Part shown: positions 46,537-56,510 of the stretch, piece after piece | How positions within the stretch are numbered: position 1 is the stretch's first letter | Layout: each line of letters starts with the position of its first letter | Origin: Chlamydiia bacterium | Lineage (GTDB): Bacteria > Chlamydiota > Chlamydiia > Chlamydiales > 2-12-FULL-49-11 | Assembly: GCA_022601595.1 (NCBI GenBank) | Contig: JAJACI010000002.1 | Location: 12,523-76,522, forward strand | DNA: 64,000 nt | Reading direction: 5' to 3' | Notes under the pieces: generated by a model | The model's input: the letters and a program-made list of their open reading frames with translations, nothing else | Told to the model about the DNA's origin: nothing | Databases searched by the model: none | Position numbers and translations under genes: made by a program

Positions 46537-46541
46537 GCTAT

Positions 46542-47117
46542 ATGTCACTGTTTGAATCTATCGAATTTTTCTTTGCAAAAGATAATAAAACTATTATCCC
46601 TTTTGACTTGAATACGAAAGAGGCGCCTAGAAAACCCGTTATGCAGCAACATAACGCTCCGCGGCAAAGAGAGCAGCAGCCTTCCTTTCTCCCTAAAAAG
46701 AAAAAGGCAAAAGTCCCTGTAACCACCATCAAAAAAGAGGCCACAGCCCAACCTAAAAAAGATCACTTTTACACCGAATGGGAAAAGAAATACCGAGAAC
46801 TGCATGCAGAAAACCTTCTGGCCAAAAAGCCTTTTAAAAAACATGCTCTTTTCATCATCGATGAAAAAGCACCCAGAGCCTTTGCCGAAAAAATTGCCGC
46901 CGCCATCAATACGCGCCTTATGAAAACCACCTTTATCATTTCAAGCAGCTCCATAGAAGCGCTGATCCAAGAGCATAACCCCTCCCATATCATCTCCACA
47001 AAAGAGATAACCTCCACTTTACCCACCATCATTACAGGCGATCTAAATGCGGTAGAAAAAGATCCCGAAAAAAAGAAGATTTTATGGAATACGCTTCAAA
47101 AAAAACTATTGGTATAG
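46542..47117 (+). CDS. Hypothetical basic protein (191 aa)
   Basis: ORF starts 5 nt after the ftsY stop. Lys/Pro-rich N-terminal half. No motif recognised. Confidence 0.5.
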   Translation: MSLFESIEFFFAKDNKTIIPFDLNTKEAPRKPVMQQHNAPRQREQQPSFLPKKKKAKVPVTTIKKEATAQPKKDHFYTEWEKKYRELHAENLLAKKPFKKHALFIIDEKAPRAFAEKIAAAINTRLMKTTFIISSSSIEALIQEHNPSHIISTKEITSTLPTIITGDLNAVEKDPEKKKILWNTLQKKLLV

Positions 47118-47459
47118 AAATATTCTATCTTTAAAGCTACCATTTCTTTCTGCTTTTTCTAATCGTACTTTTTCAAGTGTCTCAAAGGATATTTCCCTTT
47201 CCTTTAATAAGGATAAAAACACCTCATGTACATCTGCCATTTCCTCAAGCCATTGCTTATCTGTTCTTGAACTACAAACCTCCTCTACCTCTTCCCTCAA
47301 CTTATAATGTAAAGAAGCTCTATATAAATCAGGATTTAACCGTGATACGGTAACTTTTTTTCCAGTACTCCCAAAAATAATCGAAGGAATCTTATCTCTT
47401 ACTAATTTTCCTTGATCAAACATATTCTTTCTAAATGCAATTAATGCAACTTTGAGCAC
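47106..47459 (-). CDS. MazG-like / PRA-PH-like nucleoside triphosphate pyrophosphohydrolase (117 aa)
   Basis: GKLVRDKIPSII... N-terminus and an acidic helix pair (EEVEEV, LEEMADVHEV) typical of small all-alpha NTP-PPases. Confidence 0.55.
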   Translation of the reverse strand: MLKVALIAFRKNMFDQGKLVRDKIPSIIFGSTGKKVTVSRLNPDLYRASLHYKLREEVEEVCSSRTDKQWLEEMADVHEVFLSLLKEREISFETLEKVRLEKAERNGSFKDRIFLYQ

Positions 47460-48541
47460 AACTCCTCCCTCTTTTTTCGAGTTAATAATCTAATCTGTAC
47501 TAAAAACTCCTCTATCTGTTCTTTTGTTGTAAAACAAGACAAACTGACCCTTACAACTCCTAAGGGAAAGGTAGAGAGACGTTTATGAATAAGAGGAGCG
47601 CAACAAAGACCTGCTCTACAAATAATCCTTTTTGTGGAAAGATAATGCTCTATTTGAGACGGAAAAAAATTTTCTATATTAAAAGACAAAATAGGAATTT
47701 GATAGGCTCTTTCTAGATCTCCATAAACGGTCACTTTATCCATTTTTTTTAGCGTATTAAAAAGAAGATAAAACATATCCATCACCTTAGAGTGGTGTTT
47801 TTTTACCCATCTAATGCTAGATAGTAGACCTGTAAGCCCTTCCATATTTAAAGTCCCCGCCTCAAATCTTTCAGGAGACATTTCAGGATGATCAAGATGA
47901 GATGATAAGTGCCCGCCGCCCCCTTGAATCAAGGGAGTCACTAAATAAGGATTTTTAACATATATAAACCCTGTTCCTGTAGGTCCGTATAACCCTTTAT
48001 GTCCAGATCCAACAGCCATATCCACCCCTTCTAATTTAAGGGGATAGTTGCCTATCGACTGCGTACAATCTAAAGCAAGAGCAATATCTTTTTTTTGAGA
48101 TAACTCGGTGATATCTTTTAAAGGTAAAGCCATCCCAAGTACATTGGAATGTAGCGAAAAGAAAAATAATCGAGTGTTTTTTTTTATTAATTTTTCAAGG
48201 GTTTTTATGTCAAATAAACCGCTTGAATCACACTCCCAAATATCATAAGTAACACCTCTTACTTTACTAAGATAATGTAGCGGCCGCAAAAGAGAATTGT
48301 GCACAAAGCTAGAAATAACTACATGATCCCCTCTTTTCAAAAAACCCTTTAACAAAAGATTGATTCCATAAGTAGCATTATAGGTAAAGCTAATATGATC
48401 ATATTTTTTTATACCTAGTAAGAGAGCGATCTCCCTTCGTAATTCAAATGCTATATTTTCCGCTTTTTTTGCAAAAATATGGTTTCCTCGATTTGCTGAA
48501 CCTCCTCCATGATCTATATATTTATATATTTCTTCCCCCAC
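47441..48541 (-). CDS. Class V aminotransferase-fold PLP enzyme (cysteine desulfurase-like)
   Basis: GTG start. LDCTQSIGNYPL...AVGSGHKGLYGPTGTGFIY carries the PLP-lysine motif SGHK. Confidence 0.75.
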   Translation of the reverse strand: MGEEIYKYIDHGGGSANRGNHIFAKKAENIAFELRREIALLLGIKKYDHISFTYNATYGINLLLKGFLKRGDHVVISSFVHNSLLRPLHYLSKVRGVTYDIWECDSSGLFDIKTLEKLIKKNTRLFFFSLHSNVLGMALPLKDITELSQKKDIALALDCTQSIGNYPLKLEGVDMAVGSGHKGLYGPTGTGFIYVKNPYLVTPLIQGGGGHLSSHLDHPEMSPERFEAGTLNMEGLTGLLSSIRWVKKHHSKVMDMFYLLFNTLKKMDKVTVYGDLERAYQIPILSFNIENFFPSQIEHYLSTKRIICRAGLCCAPLIHKRLSTFPLGVVRVSLSCFTTKEQIEEFLVQIRLLTRKKREELCSKLH

Positions 48542-48591
48542 AACAGAAGGCTTTGGAAAAGAAGTTGTCGCATTATCTAAATATATATAAG

Positions 48592-49146
48592 TCAGAAAAA
48601 CCCCGCATAATTTTCTATGGAGGCAAGATGCGGCATATTCATTTTTCTAGCTATTAATGTTCTTAGTAAATGAGGAGGAATTGATTTGTTTAAGACAGGA
48701 AAGAAGCCGGCCTTTAAACTATTTTTAAAAAAGAGATATTCGCCTTTACTATGAAAGTATCTTTGAATATCTGACAAACAGGTAACTGGTAAATGGGAAT
48801 ATTGATCCTTTAATTCTACATTTATATCTAAGCTTAAAGGGAGGTAATGCATATGCATATGAAAACAAGGTATCTCCTGAGATGCTATACATACACCTGC
48901 TCTACCATGCTCATAGGAAATAAACCCTCCATGGTCAAGCATAAATGATGATTCAATCTTTTTTGTAATATATTCCATTTCTATCAGCTGCTTTTTTGTT
49001 AACTCTCCGGTACAACCGACATGCTCCTTAGACACAATCATTATATGACTCTCACATAGTGGATAGGGATCAAGTATTACTCTAAAAGCATCACCTTCCT
49101 CTATAATTAAAGATTTATCAAGATTACAAAATATACAATCTACCAC
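48592..49146 (-). CDS. HIT (histidine triad) family protein with C-terminal extension
   Basis: CIFCNL...FRVILDPYPLCESHIMIVSKEH and the histidine triad FHMHMHYLP. Confidence 0.7.
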   Translation of the reverse strand: MVDCIFCNLDKSLIIEEGDAFRVILDPYPLCESHIMIVSKEHVGCTGELTKKQLIEMEYITKKIESSFMLDHGGFISYEHGRAGVCIASQEIPCFHMHMHYLPLSLDINVELKDQYSHLPVTCLSDIQRYFHSKGEYLFFKNSLKAGFFPVLNKSIPPHLLRTLIARKMNMPHLASIENYAGFF

Positions 49147-49152
49147 AAGACC

Positions 49153-49839
49153 TCACTGTAGTGTTTGCAAAACTTCATTACAAACCTCCTTTATTTCCTT
49201 TTGCCCATCAATATGATTGACTCTTTGCTGGCCATAGTACAAGAGGATAGGCTCTGTGACCTCTTTATACACTTCAAGGCGCCTTTTAATTGAGCTTTGG
49301 CAGTCATCATGCCTTCTATACAACTCTCCTCTACAATGATCACACGTTAATGCTACGACTGGTGGATTATTCTTTTCATGATATGGGTACTTACAATCCT
49401 TACACATCCACCTCCCTGCTATACGGTTTAGTACCTCTTGATCCGTAACTTCTAGATGAATAACAGTAATATCACAATCACATGCGCGCTGATCTAAAAG
49501 CTTTGCTTGATTTACAGTCCTTGGAAATCCATCCAATATACAACCATTTAAATATCCTTCTTTTTCAAAATAACTAAAAAAAACCGAGCAAATCATGTCA
49601 TCTGGAATTATTTCTCCACCTTCAAGCTTCTCCTTTACCTCTCTACCAAGTGGTGTACCCCTATCTATTTCGGCAAGTAAAAACTCCCCTGAGGAAATTC
49701 TTTTTAGATGTAGCTTATCTGAAAGGTACGCCCCTACCGTCCCCTTTCCTGCCCCTGGTTTTCCATATAAAACAATGATCGGTGATGAAAATAGAGTGAG
49801 AGAAAAAAAAGTAAAAAAAAGTAGCCGTAGAAATTTCAT
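49153..49839 (-). CDS. adk: Adenylate kinase (zinc-lid type) with N-terminal signal-peptide-like extension
   Basis: P-loop GKPGAGKGT, LDGFPRT, lid CKDCKYPYH...CDHCRGEL and RHDD. Preceded by MKFLRLLFFTFFSLTLFSSP, with no alternative in-frame start before the P-loop. Confidence 0.85.
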   Translation of the reverse strand: MKFLRLLFFTFFSLTLFSSPIIVLYGKPGAGKGTVGAYLSDKLHLKRISSGEFLLAEIDRGTPLGREVKEKLEGGEIIPDDMICSVFFSYFEKEGYLNGCILDGFPRTVNQAKLLDQRACDCDITVIHLEVTDQEVLNRIAGRWMCKDCKYPYHEKNNPPVVALTCDHCRGELYRRHDDCQSSIKRRLEVYKEVTEPILLYYGQQRVNHIDGQKEIKEVCNEVLQTLQ

Positions 49840-49958
49840 GGAATCCTCAAGGTTTAATTGGAAGCATACCTTAGGTATTTTTTACAAAATAAAATACAGT
49901 ATTGACTGTATAAAATCAAGTGTTTATAGTTTATTTTTTTAATAAACGGTAGTAAGGT

Positions 49959-50717
49959 ATGAAAAGAATTATCCCCATTTATGAATTTTCTGAAAGTACT
50001 AAGCATATAAAAGGATTAGACACAGATACGCTGGTTATCTTTGATGTAGACTCTGTTTTAACCATCCCAAAAACGCCTTTATTTCATCCGAAAAATTTTA
50101 GCCATTATAAACAAGCTATCTCTGATTTTTATAAACAAATCTCTCGCGAAGAAAAACATCTTGTTAATCACCATATTATTGCACATGATGTTATGGCAGT
50201 AGAGCATGAAGCTGCAGCTTTTGTAAAAAAAATGCAACAAGAAAAAGCTACTATTATCGCAATGACCAATGCTAAAAAAGGTCTATACACAGATGATAAT
50301 ACTTTATTTTCTTCGGTAAGAAAGCAGCAGCTTAACTCCGTCGGAATAGAGTTTTCTGGAACTTTTGACCTTGTCCATGAGTTTACTCAGTTAAAGCCTA
50401 CCTTCTCCGATTACCCTGCTATTGATCATGGTATCATCTTTTCTTGTGGGCTTGATAACACAAAAGGGGCAGTCTTACACGAATTTATAAAATTTGATCG
50501 CTCTTATAAAAAAATCATTCTTTTTGATGATAAGGAAAAAAATATTGTTTCTATTGAAAAGATGCTTCAAGTAGAATTCCCAGAATGCGAGTTTTTCGGC
50601 TTTCACTATAAAGGGGTCGATTTACTTTCTTCTCCAGAAAAAGTTTCAGAGATGGAAATATTAAATTATTTAGACTCTTTGCTTTCAAAGGTTCGTAATA
50701 TTTCCTGGATAGAATAA
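49959..50717 (+). CDS. HAD-like hydrolase family protein (252 aa)
   Basis: LVIFDVDSVLT (DxD nucleophile motif) near the N-terminus and ILFDD near the C-terminus. Confidence 0.45.
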   Translation: MKRIIPIYEFSESTKHIKGLDTDTLVIFDVDSVLTIPKTPLFHPKNFSHYKQAISDFYKQISREEKHLVNHHIIAHDVMAVEHEAAAFVKKMQQEKATIIAMTNAKKGLYTDDNTLFSSVRKQQLNSVGIEFSGTFDLVHEFTQLKPTFSDYPAIDHGIIFSCGLDNTKGAVLHEFIKFDRSYKKIILFDDKEKNIVSIEKMLQVEFPECEFFGFHYKGVDLLSSPEKVSEMEILNYLDSLLSKVRNISWIE

Positions 50718-52381
50718 TTAGGGTGTATCCCTTTTTTACTACAAGCGGTGACAAACTCTTCATATATTTCTTGTTTGCCTATAAATCTTTCCAATAGCTC
50801 TTTTGAAATCCCTTTTTCTCTATATTCCTTATCCAACAAAGAATAAGGATAACGACCATCCATTAAGTCTGGTAAATATCCCTCTTTTAAAATACTAATA
50901 AAATGCTTTGTAATTATTTTCCGAAAAAAATCACTATCTACATTTTTTAAGAAAAGAGCCTCAAAATCCTCCACCAAATCTACTTCTTCCATTTTTTTAG
51001 GAGAGATAAGTTCTTGTAATGAGTCTTCAAGAGATATATTTCTTATTCTTTTTAAGTTGCCTAAAGCATTAAACAGCCAGCGCCCCTTTAATGCAGCAAT
51101 TCCAATACGATCATTCTTTAGGTCATCTATTTTATAGGGGCGCTCATTAGAATACATCTTTCTTACTCTTTTTAACATACCACAATATTTACTATTTAAC
51201 ATCTGAGTATAATGATATAAATCCCCCTCTAAACTAATAAATAAATCTCGGTAAGATATAATATCATCTCTTTTGAGCAATTTTTGTATCTCTAAAAACT
51301 TTTCATGTATTAGACTAATGCTACCTTCTCTTAATTTTAATGGAAGATAACATCTGTTAAACTGCTCGTGCAATCCTGGGTTCTCTTTTAGAATCTCTTT
51401 TAAACAAATGTTGATTTTTTCTAATCTTTTCAACCAGCAAGATAAAATCTCTGCCCCTGAGATATCAAGTAAGTGATTTCTCAGAGAAGGGTCAATGGTC
51501 TTATCTAAAAGATCTTCTAGAAAAAATAATAGATTTTTAGAACTGCCAAATGGTGTTGGAATAGAAAGATCAGTAATCTTTTGATTGTTAACACATAAAA
51601 ACCCGTCATTATCAATAAAAACTAACTTTTTTGGAGCTCTTTCTCCTACAACAATAAAATTTTCTCCTTTGTGGTCACCAACATGAAGTAAAAAAGATGA
51701 GATCAAATGCTCCCCAAAACTCTTTGCACTAATTTCTAAAAAAGATCCCTCTTTCTTCTCTACCTTTCTAACAAAATCTGTTCCTAATTCTCCTAATACT
51801 TCTGGTGTTATCTGAAGCAAATAATTTTTCTTTTTTAGAGATGTGAAGCTAGATCTTCCCTTAACAAACTCCTCTTCCTTGCCATCTATTATAGAAACTA
51901 CCATTTGCTCAGAAAAAGCGTGGCCATTAAATTCTTCTATTTCCACATTCTTAACAAAGAAAAATCTACTAGGAACGACTCCCTCTTGGAAAAGATATCT
52001 TTGGAAAAAATAAGCAGCCGTTTCCATCATAGGATCAAGCGGCGGAAGTACCGTGTCACTTTTAAAAAATAATCCACCTATACATACTGTTGGGTGATGC
52101 CCTCTATGCTTCTCATCCACTCTTTTTAGCCTACCAAAAGAATCAATAGATAAAAGCTTGCGTGCAAACTCTTGAGAGATAAATATTTTTTCATGATTAT
52201 CTGAAATCAAAAGAACACTCTTCTTGTTATGAGATATGTCGTTCCTTTTAATTACATCTTCTATTTTTTCAAAAAGCTCCCCCCTCTCCCCGAAAAGAGA
52301 AAGAGAGAAAAAAAGGGCAAATAAAATTTTATATCTGATATTTTGCAACATGCTTTGGAATCCTTTTATTACAGTTCTCAA
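50666..52381 (-). CDS. Secreted protein with PI3K/PI4K-type kinase catalytic-loop signature
   Basis: SFLLHVGDHKGENFIVV...KLVFIDNDGF parallels GDRHxxN ... IDFG of lipid kinases. Signal-like YKILFALFFSLSLFG. Alternative start at ATG 52351. Overlaps the upstream radical SAM gene. Confidence 0.6.
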   Translation of the reverse strand: MRTVIKGFQSMLQNIRYKILFALFFSLSLFGERGELFEKIEDVIKRNDISHNKKSVLLISDNHEKIFISQEFARKLLSIDSFGRLKRVDEKHRGHHPTVCIGGLFFKSDTVLPPLDPMMETAAYFFQRYLFQEGVVPSRFFFVKNVEIEEFNGHAFSEQMVVSIIDGKEEEFVKGRSSFTSLKKKNYLLQITPEVLGELGTDFVRKVEKKEGSFLEISAKSFGEHLISSFLLHVGDHKGENFIVVGERAPKKLVFIDNDGFLCVNNQKITDLSIPTPFGSSKNLLFFLEDLLDKTIDPSLRNHLLDISGAEILSCWLKRLEKINICLKEILKENPGLHEQFNRCYLPLKLREGSISLIHEKFLEIQKLLKRDDIISYRDLFISLEGDLYHYTQMLNSKYCGMLKRVRKMYSNERPYKIDDLKNDRIGIAALKGRWLFNALGNLKRIRNISLEDSLQELISPKKMEEVDLVEDFEALFLKNVDSDFFRKIITKHFISILKEGYLPDLMDGRYPYSLLDKEYREKGISKELLERFIGKQEIYEEFVTACSKKGIHPNYSIQEILRTFESKESK

Positions 52382-53987
52382 AAGTTACCTGAGGATCGAA
52401 CTCCTTGATTAAACTTTCAAATTTTTCACAGTACCGACCATAACAATCTTGAACAAACTCATCCTTTCCAACATCTGTATTTGCAGCCTCCCATGTATAC
52501 CGTCCCACCGACAAAAATAAGGAATCAACTAACTTTTCTAAGTAATCAAATTTTTCTATAAAACCATTTTTATGCAGCCCCCTTAAACTTTCGTACATAT
52601 ACCCCGCTGCTTCCCCAAAACATAATGGATACTCTTTTTGCAACTGCTTGAATAGTGTTCTATATTTCTCTATGCGTGGCGAGGGTACTGTATAAGAATA
52701 ATAGCTTAAACTACCCTGCCAAACAAGTGTATTAGTCGCCTCTGCTCTTTTATATGAGGTGGTACCAGGAATCAATGTCATCTCATGATTCAAGCACCTA
52801 AATTCCATCCTCCCTACTTTCTCTAAAAAATCAAAATTCTCCTCTACATGCCTATCTTCCGTCCACGGGGTAATCATCATAAATCCGTATGAATAGTCAA
52901 GCCCCATCTCCCTTAAGATCCTTGTTGCCTCAATGTTTTTCTCCGGAGTAGAGGCTTTTCTCATCTTTTTTAGAATATCTCTGCTACCTGACTCAAGTCC
53001 CATATATAATCTTTGGAGCCCTGCCTTTTGTAATTTTTGCACAATAGACTGATACTTAATTACAGAAGGTGCTCGTAAATCACACATAATGGTAGTATTC
53101 ACATTCCTTTCCACTAATAAATCGGCAAATTCTTCTGCTCGTTTTTGTGTTCCAGGTAAAATAAAATCAGAATCTACAAATCGGAAGCCTTGTAATTTTG
53201 GATACCGCTCCATTAGCGCTGCCATCTCTGTTACAAGACTATCAGCCGAGCGAATACGAACAGGACCGGCAGTTGGAAGTTTATCAGCGCTATTAACTGC
53301 ACAGAAAGTACAAGCAAACAGACACCCCCGCGTTCCTTCTATCATAGCCTCTGAATCTCCACCATCACCATGTCCCATATATCGATCAGGGTAAGGCAGT
53401 GCATCTGTAGGGCGCACAGCTGCGCGCGCAATGTTTTTAATAACATTTCCATCTTCTCCACGATAATTAATACCAGGAACAAGCTTCCACTCCCTTTCTC
53501 TATCTAAAGTATGAACAAGATCACTAAAAGTAACCTCCCCTTCTCCAACCACTATCGAATCTACCTCCGGCATCATATCTAAAGCCTGCTGAGGTAAAAT
53601 AGAGGGAAAGTAGCTTCCTACTGTAATATGTGTCCTTGGATCCTTTTTACGGAGTCTCTCAAAGAGTCCATTAGTCCAATCTACTGATTCATCCACAAGC
53701 AGAGAAACCCCTACTAAATTTGGTTTCAAAGCAGATACCCTTTCAAAAGCTTCCTCTGACGTGAGCATTTCCGCCCTCCCATCAATCACCGTCACATCCA
53801 CTTTATGATAATGCTGTAAAAATCCACTCAACATAGATAGGCCATAGTTGGAAGTGGTTATTTTTGCCTTGCGGTAATTTCCTGGAGTATTTGGATTTAC
53901 AAGAGCTATGGTAAATTTATTTCTTATTTGAGCTAGAGAAAATGCTCCCAATCTTAGAAAAGGTCTTCCTATATTACATGATAGCAT
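52329..53987 (-). CDS. B12-binding-domain radical SAM protein
   Basis: N-terminal cobalamin-binding-like domain followed by GCLFACTFCAV (CxxxCxxC). Confidence 0.8.
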   Translation of the reverse strand: MLSCNIGRPFLRLGAFSLAQIRNKFTIALVNPNTPGNYRKAKITTSNYGLSMLSGFLQHYHKVDVTVIDGRAEMLTSEEAFERVSALKPNLVGVSLLVDESVDWTNGLFERLRKKDPRTHITVGSYFPSILPQQALDMMPEVDSIVVGEGEVTFSDLVHTLDREREWKLVPGINYRGEDGNVIKNIARAAVRPTDALPYPDRYMGHGDGGDSEAMIEGTRGCLFACTFCAVNSADKLPTAGPVRIRSADSLVTEMAALMERYPKLQGFRFVDSDFILPGTQKRAEEFADLLVERNVNTTIMCDLRAPSVIKYQSIVQKLQKAGLQRLYMGLESGSRDILKKMRKASTPEKNIEATRILREMGLDYSYGFMMITPWTEDRHVEENFDFLEKVGRMEFRCLNHEMTLIPGTTSYKRAEATNTLVWQGSLSYYSYTVPSPRIEKYRTLFKQLQKEYPLCFGEAAGYMYESLRGLHKNGFIEKFDYLEKLVDSLFLSVGRYTWEAANTDVGKDEFVQDCYGRYCEKFESLIKEFDPQVTFENCNKRIPKHVAKYQI

Positions 53988-54117
53988 TCTATTAGAATCT
54001 CCCTTTATTAATTTCTCATGGAGTATATGTAAACATTTGAAAATAAGCTAGAATTTTTTAATCCCTTGTGAGAATTTTTCTTTCCTTTGACTAATGAGGC
54101 AGAAAGAGGTATTTTAT

Positions 54118-54192
54118 AGTCATCACCGTTTAAAATGGCGTACTATTCAATGAATTTTTGAGGGAGATACGTCATATGAAACGGCAATGACT
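54118..54192. mobile_element. Family B derivative B1 (rearranged, two right-end-like halves in inverted orientation)
   Basis: agtcatcaccgtttaaaatggcgtactattcaatgaatttttgaggg + agatacgtcatatgaaacggcaatgact, 29 nt upstream of the priA ATG. Confidence 0.6.
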
Positions 54193-54221
54193 ATCGTAGA
54201 AGTCAATAATAAGGAATACAC

Positions 54222-56438
54222 ATGACTCTCTTTGTAACGGTGCTGCTTGACAAAGGTATCAAAAAAGCGCTCACCTATTCGGTACCTGATCATCTTCGAT
54301 CATTGATTGCCGAGGGAAAGCGCGTTTCTGTTCCTATTCAAAAAAGATCTGTAAAAGGAACCATTTTGTCATTGCTTAATAAGGCGCCTAGGTATCCGGT
54401 AAAAGATGTGATGGAGGTGATCTCTGAGGAGATTATCAATGATGATTTAAAAAAGCTTGGGTCTTGGATGTCTGATTATTATGCCACTGCTCTCCCTTTT
54501 GTGTTAAAAACTATGCTTCCAGGAAGTCTTCGTAAGGATATGAAGGTGAAAAAGCAGTATACCGTAAATACGGTGCTGCGCGGGGAAAAGTTAATCGAGT
54601 ATACAGCATCCATTAGGGAAAAGCATCCCAAACGGGCAGCGGTGTTAGATATTCTTTTAAAAAATAAAAAGGGGATCTTCCTTTCAAAGCTTGTTGAAAA
54701 AGATGTTTCTGTGTCTGCGATACATACCCTTGAAAAAAAAGGTATTATCAAAAAGTCTTTGGTGGAGGTAGATCGTAGCATATTAGAAGATGTTCCTTTT
54801 TTCAAAACTAGTGCTAAGGTATTAAACGCTCCCCAGGCAAAAGCATTTAAGGAGATTGAGGCGAGTTTAGAAGCAAATACTTTTAAGACTTTTCTCTTAC
54901 ATGGTATTACAGGAAGCGGAAAAACCGAAGTCTACCTCCAAGCGATAGAAAAAGCGCTCTCGCAAAATAAGGGAGTGATCTTATTAATACCAGAGATTGC
55001 TCTCACCGAGCAAACGGTGGAGCGTTTCAAGCACCGCTTTGAAGATAGGATCGCGGTATTGAATTATCGATTGAGCGATGGGGAAAAGACAGATGCATGG
55101 AAAAATATTGCCAAGGGAAAAATCCCCATTGTCATAGGCGCCCGTTCGGCTATATTTTCTCCTATGCCTAATGTTGGGCTGATCATTGTTGATGAGGAGC
55201 ATGAGCTTTCTTATAAGCAAATTGATGAGATGCCTTGTTATAATGCTCGTGATATTGCAGTAGTCCGTGGATCGTTTACTGGTAGTACCGTGATACTAGG
55301 AAGCGCGACACCCAGCTTAGAAAGTGTCTACAATGTGATGGAAAAGAAATATCATTACCTCCAGATGAACCAAAGAGCGGCTGCTAAAAACCCTCCTACC
55401 ATTAAGCTGATCAATATGGAAGAGGAAAGAGAAAATGGCAAAGGGTTTACCATGCTCTCTCAAACACTTCTTACAGAAATTAAAAAACGTATAGATGTTG
55501 GCGAGCAGGTAATCCTCTTTTTAAATAGGCGAGGCTACTTTTCCTGCCAAGTCTGCTCCTCTTGTAACGAAACTATCTCTTGTCCGTCGTGTGATTCTTC
55601 ACTCACCTACCACCGTGGAGAAAAAATCCTTGCCTGCCATCTATGTGGCTATGAAAAAAAAGCTCCTATCACAAAATGTCCCAAATGTGGAGAGAGGGAA
55701 ACGCTAAAATACAAAGGGCCAGGAACCGAGCAGGTAGAGCGCTCTTTACACGCCATATTTCCAGAAATACGCACCCTCCGAATGGATCGCGATACCACCA
55801 AACACAAAGGCTCTCATGAAACGATCTTAAAAGAGTTTCGTAGCGGCAAAGCAGATCTATTAATAGGCACACAGATGATTGCCAAAGGGCTTGATTTTCC
55901 TCTGGTCACCCTATCTGCTGTTATTGGTGCCGATAGTTCATTGCATATCCCAGACTACCGCTCCACAGAGTCCCTCTTCCAAGTGATGACGCAAGTGGTA
56001 GGCAGATCTGGGCGTGCAGAGCTGCCCGGGCTTGCGCTCATCCAAACCTACTATACCAATCACCCCGTGATGCAGGCGGTGCTTAATGACGACTTCAAAG
56101 GGTTTATAAAAGCCGAGCTCGAAGATCGAAAATTATGTAACTACCCGCCCTATACAAAAATATGCAAACTGGTATTTACAAGTACCGACAAGATCGCTGC
56201 TGAAAAGACCGCAGAGAACTTTTATAACTACCTAAAGGTCTCACTTCCAAAAACAGTAACTCTATACAAACCTATGCCTTGCGGATATGCTAAGATCAAA
56301 GATAAATTCCGCTTTCAAATTCTTCTAAAATCTCCGCACACAGGGCAGCTATGCTCCATCTTGAAAAACCATCCCATCAAGATCCCTACAAAGGTGCGCT
56401 TCTTAATAGACATCGGCGCCACATCCACCTTCTCATGA
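54222..56438 (+). CDS. priA: Primosomal protein N' (replication restart helicase PriA)
   Basis: GITGSGKTEVY, DEEH, a Cys-rich zinc-binding insertion (CQVCSSC...CPSC...CHLCG...CPKCG) and helicase C-terminal motifs. Confidence 0.9.
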   Translation: MTLFVTVLLDKGIKKALTYSVPDHLRSLIAEGKRVSVPIQKRSVKGTILSLLNKAPRYPVKDVMEVISEEIINDDLKKLGSWMSDYYATALPFVLKTMLPGSLRKDMKVKKQYTVNTVLRGEKLIEYTASIREKHPKRAAVLDILLKNKKGIFLSKLVEKDVSVSAIHTLEKKGIIKKSLVEVDRSILEDVPFFKTSAKVLNAPQAKAFKEIEASLEANTFKTFLLHGITGSGKTEVYLQAIEKALSQNKGVILLIPEIALTEQTVERFKHRFEDRIAVLNYRLSDGEKTDAWKNIAKGKIPIVIGARSAIFSPMPNVGLIIVDEEHELSYKQIDEMPCYNARDIAVVRGSFTGSTVILGSATPSLESVYNVMEKKYHYLQMNQRAAAKNPPTIKLINMEEERENGKGFTMLSQTLLTEIKKRIDVGEQVILFLNRRGYFSCQVCSSCNETISCPSCDSSLTYHRGEKILACHLCGYEKKAPITKCPKCGERETLKYKGPGTEQVERSLHAIFPEIRTLRMDRDTTKHKGSHETILKEFRSGKADLLIGTQMIAKGLDFPLVTLSAVIGADSSLHIPDYRSTESLFQVMTQVVGRSGRAELPGLALIQTYYTNHPVMQAVLNDDFKGFIKAELEDRKLCNYPPYTKICKLVFTSTDKIAAEKTAENFYNYLKVSLPKTVTLYKPMPCGYAKIKDKFRFQILLKSPHTGQLCSILKNHPIKIPTKVRFLIDIGATSTFS

Positions 56439-56465
56439 TGATAGGGATTTTTATCATTTTCTATA

Positions 56466-56502
56466 GGAGAGTCTGATAAACGAGCAGTTTATCAGACTCT
56501 CC
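56466..56502. mobile_element. Miniature family A derivative (termini only, 37 bp)
   Basis: ggagagtctgataaacgagcagtttatcagactctcc, flanked by tata/tata. Confidence 0.7.
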
Positions 56503-56510
56503 TATAATAT

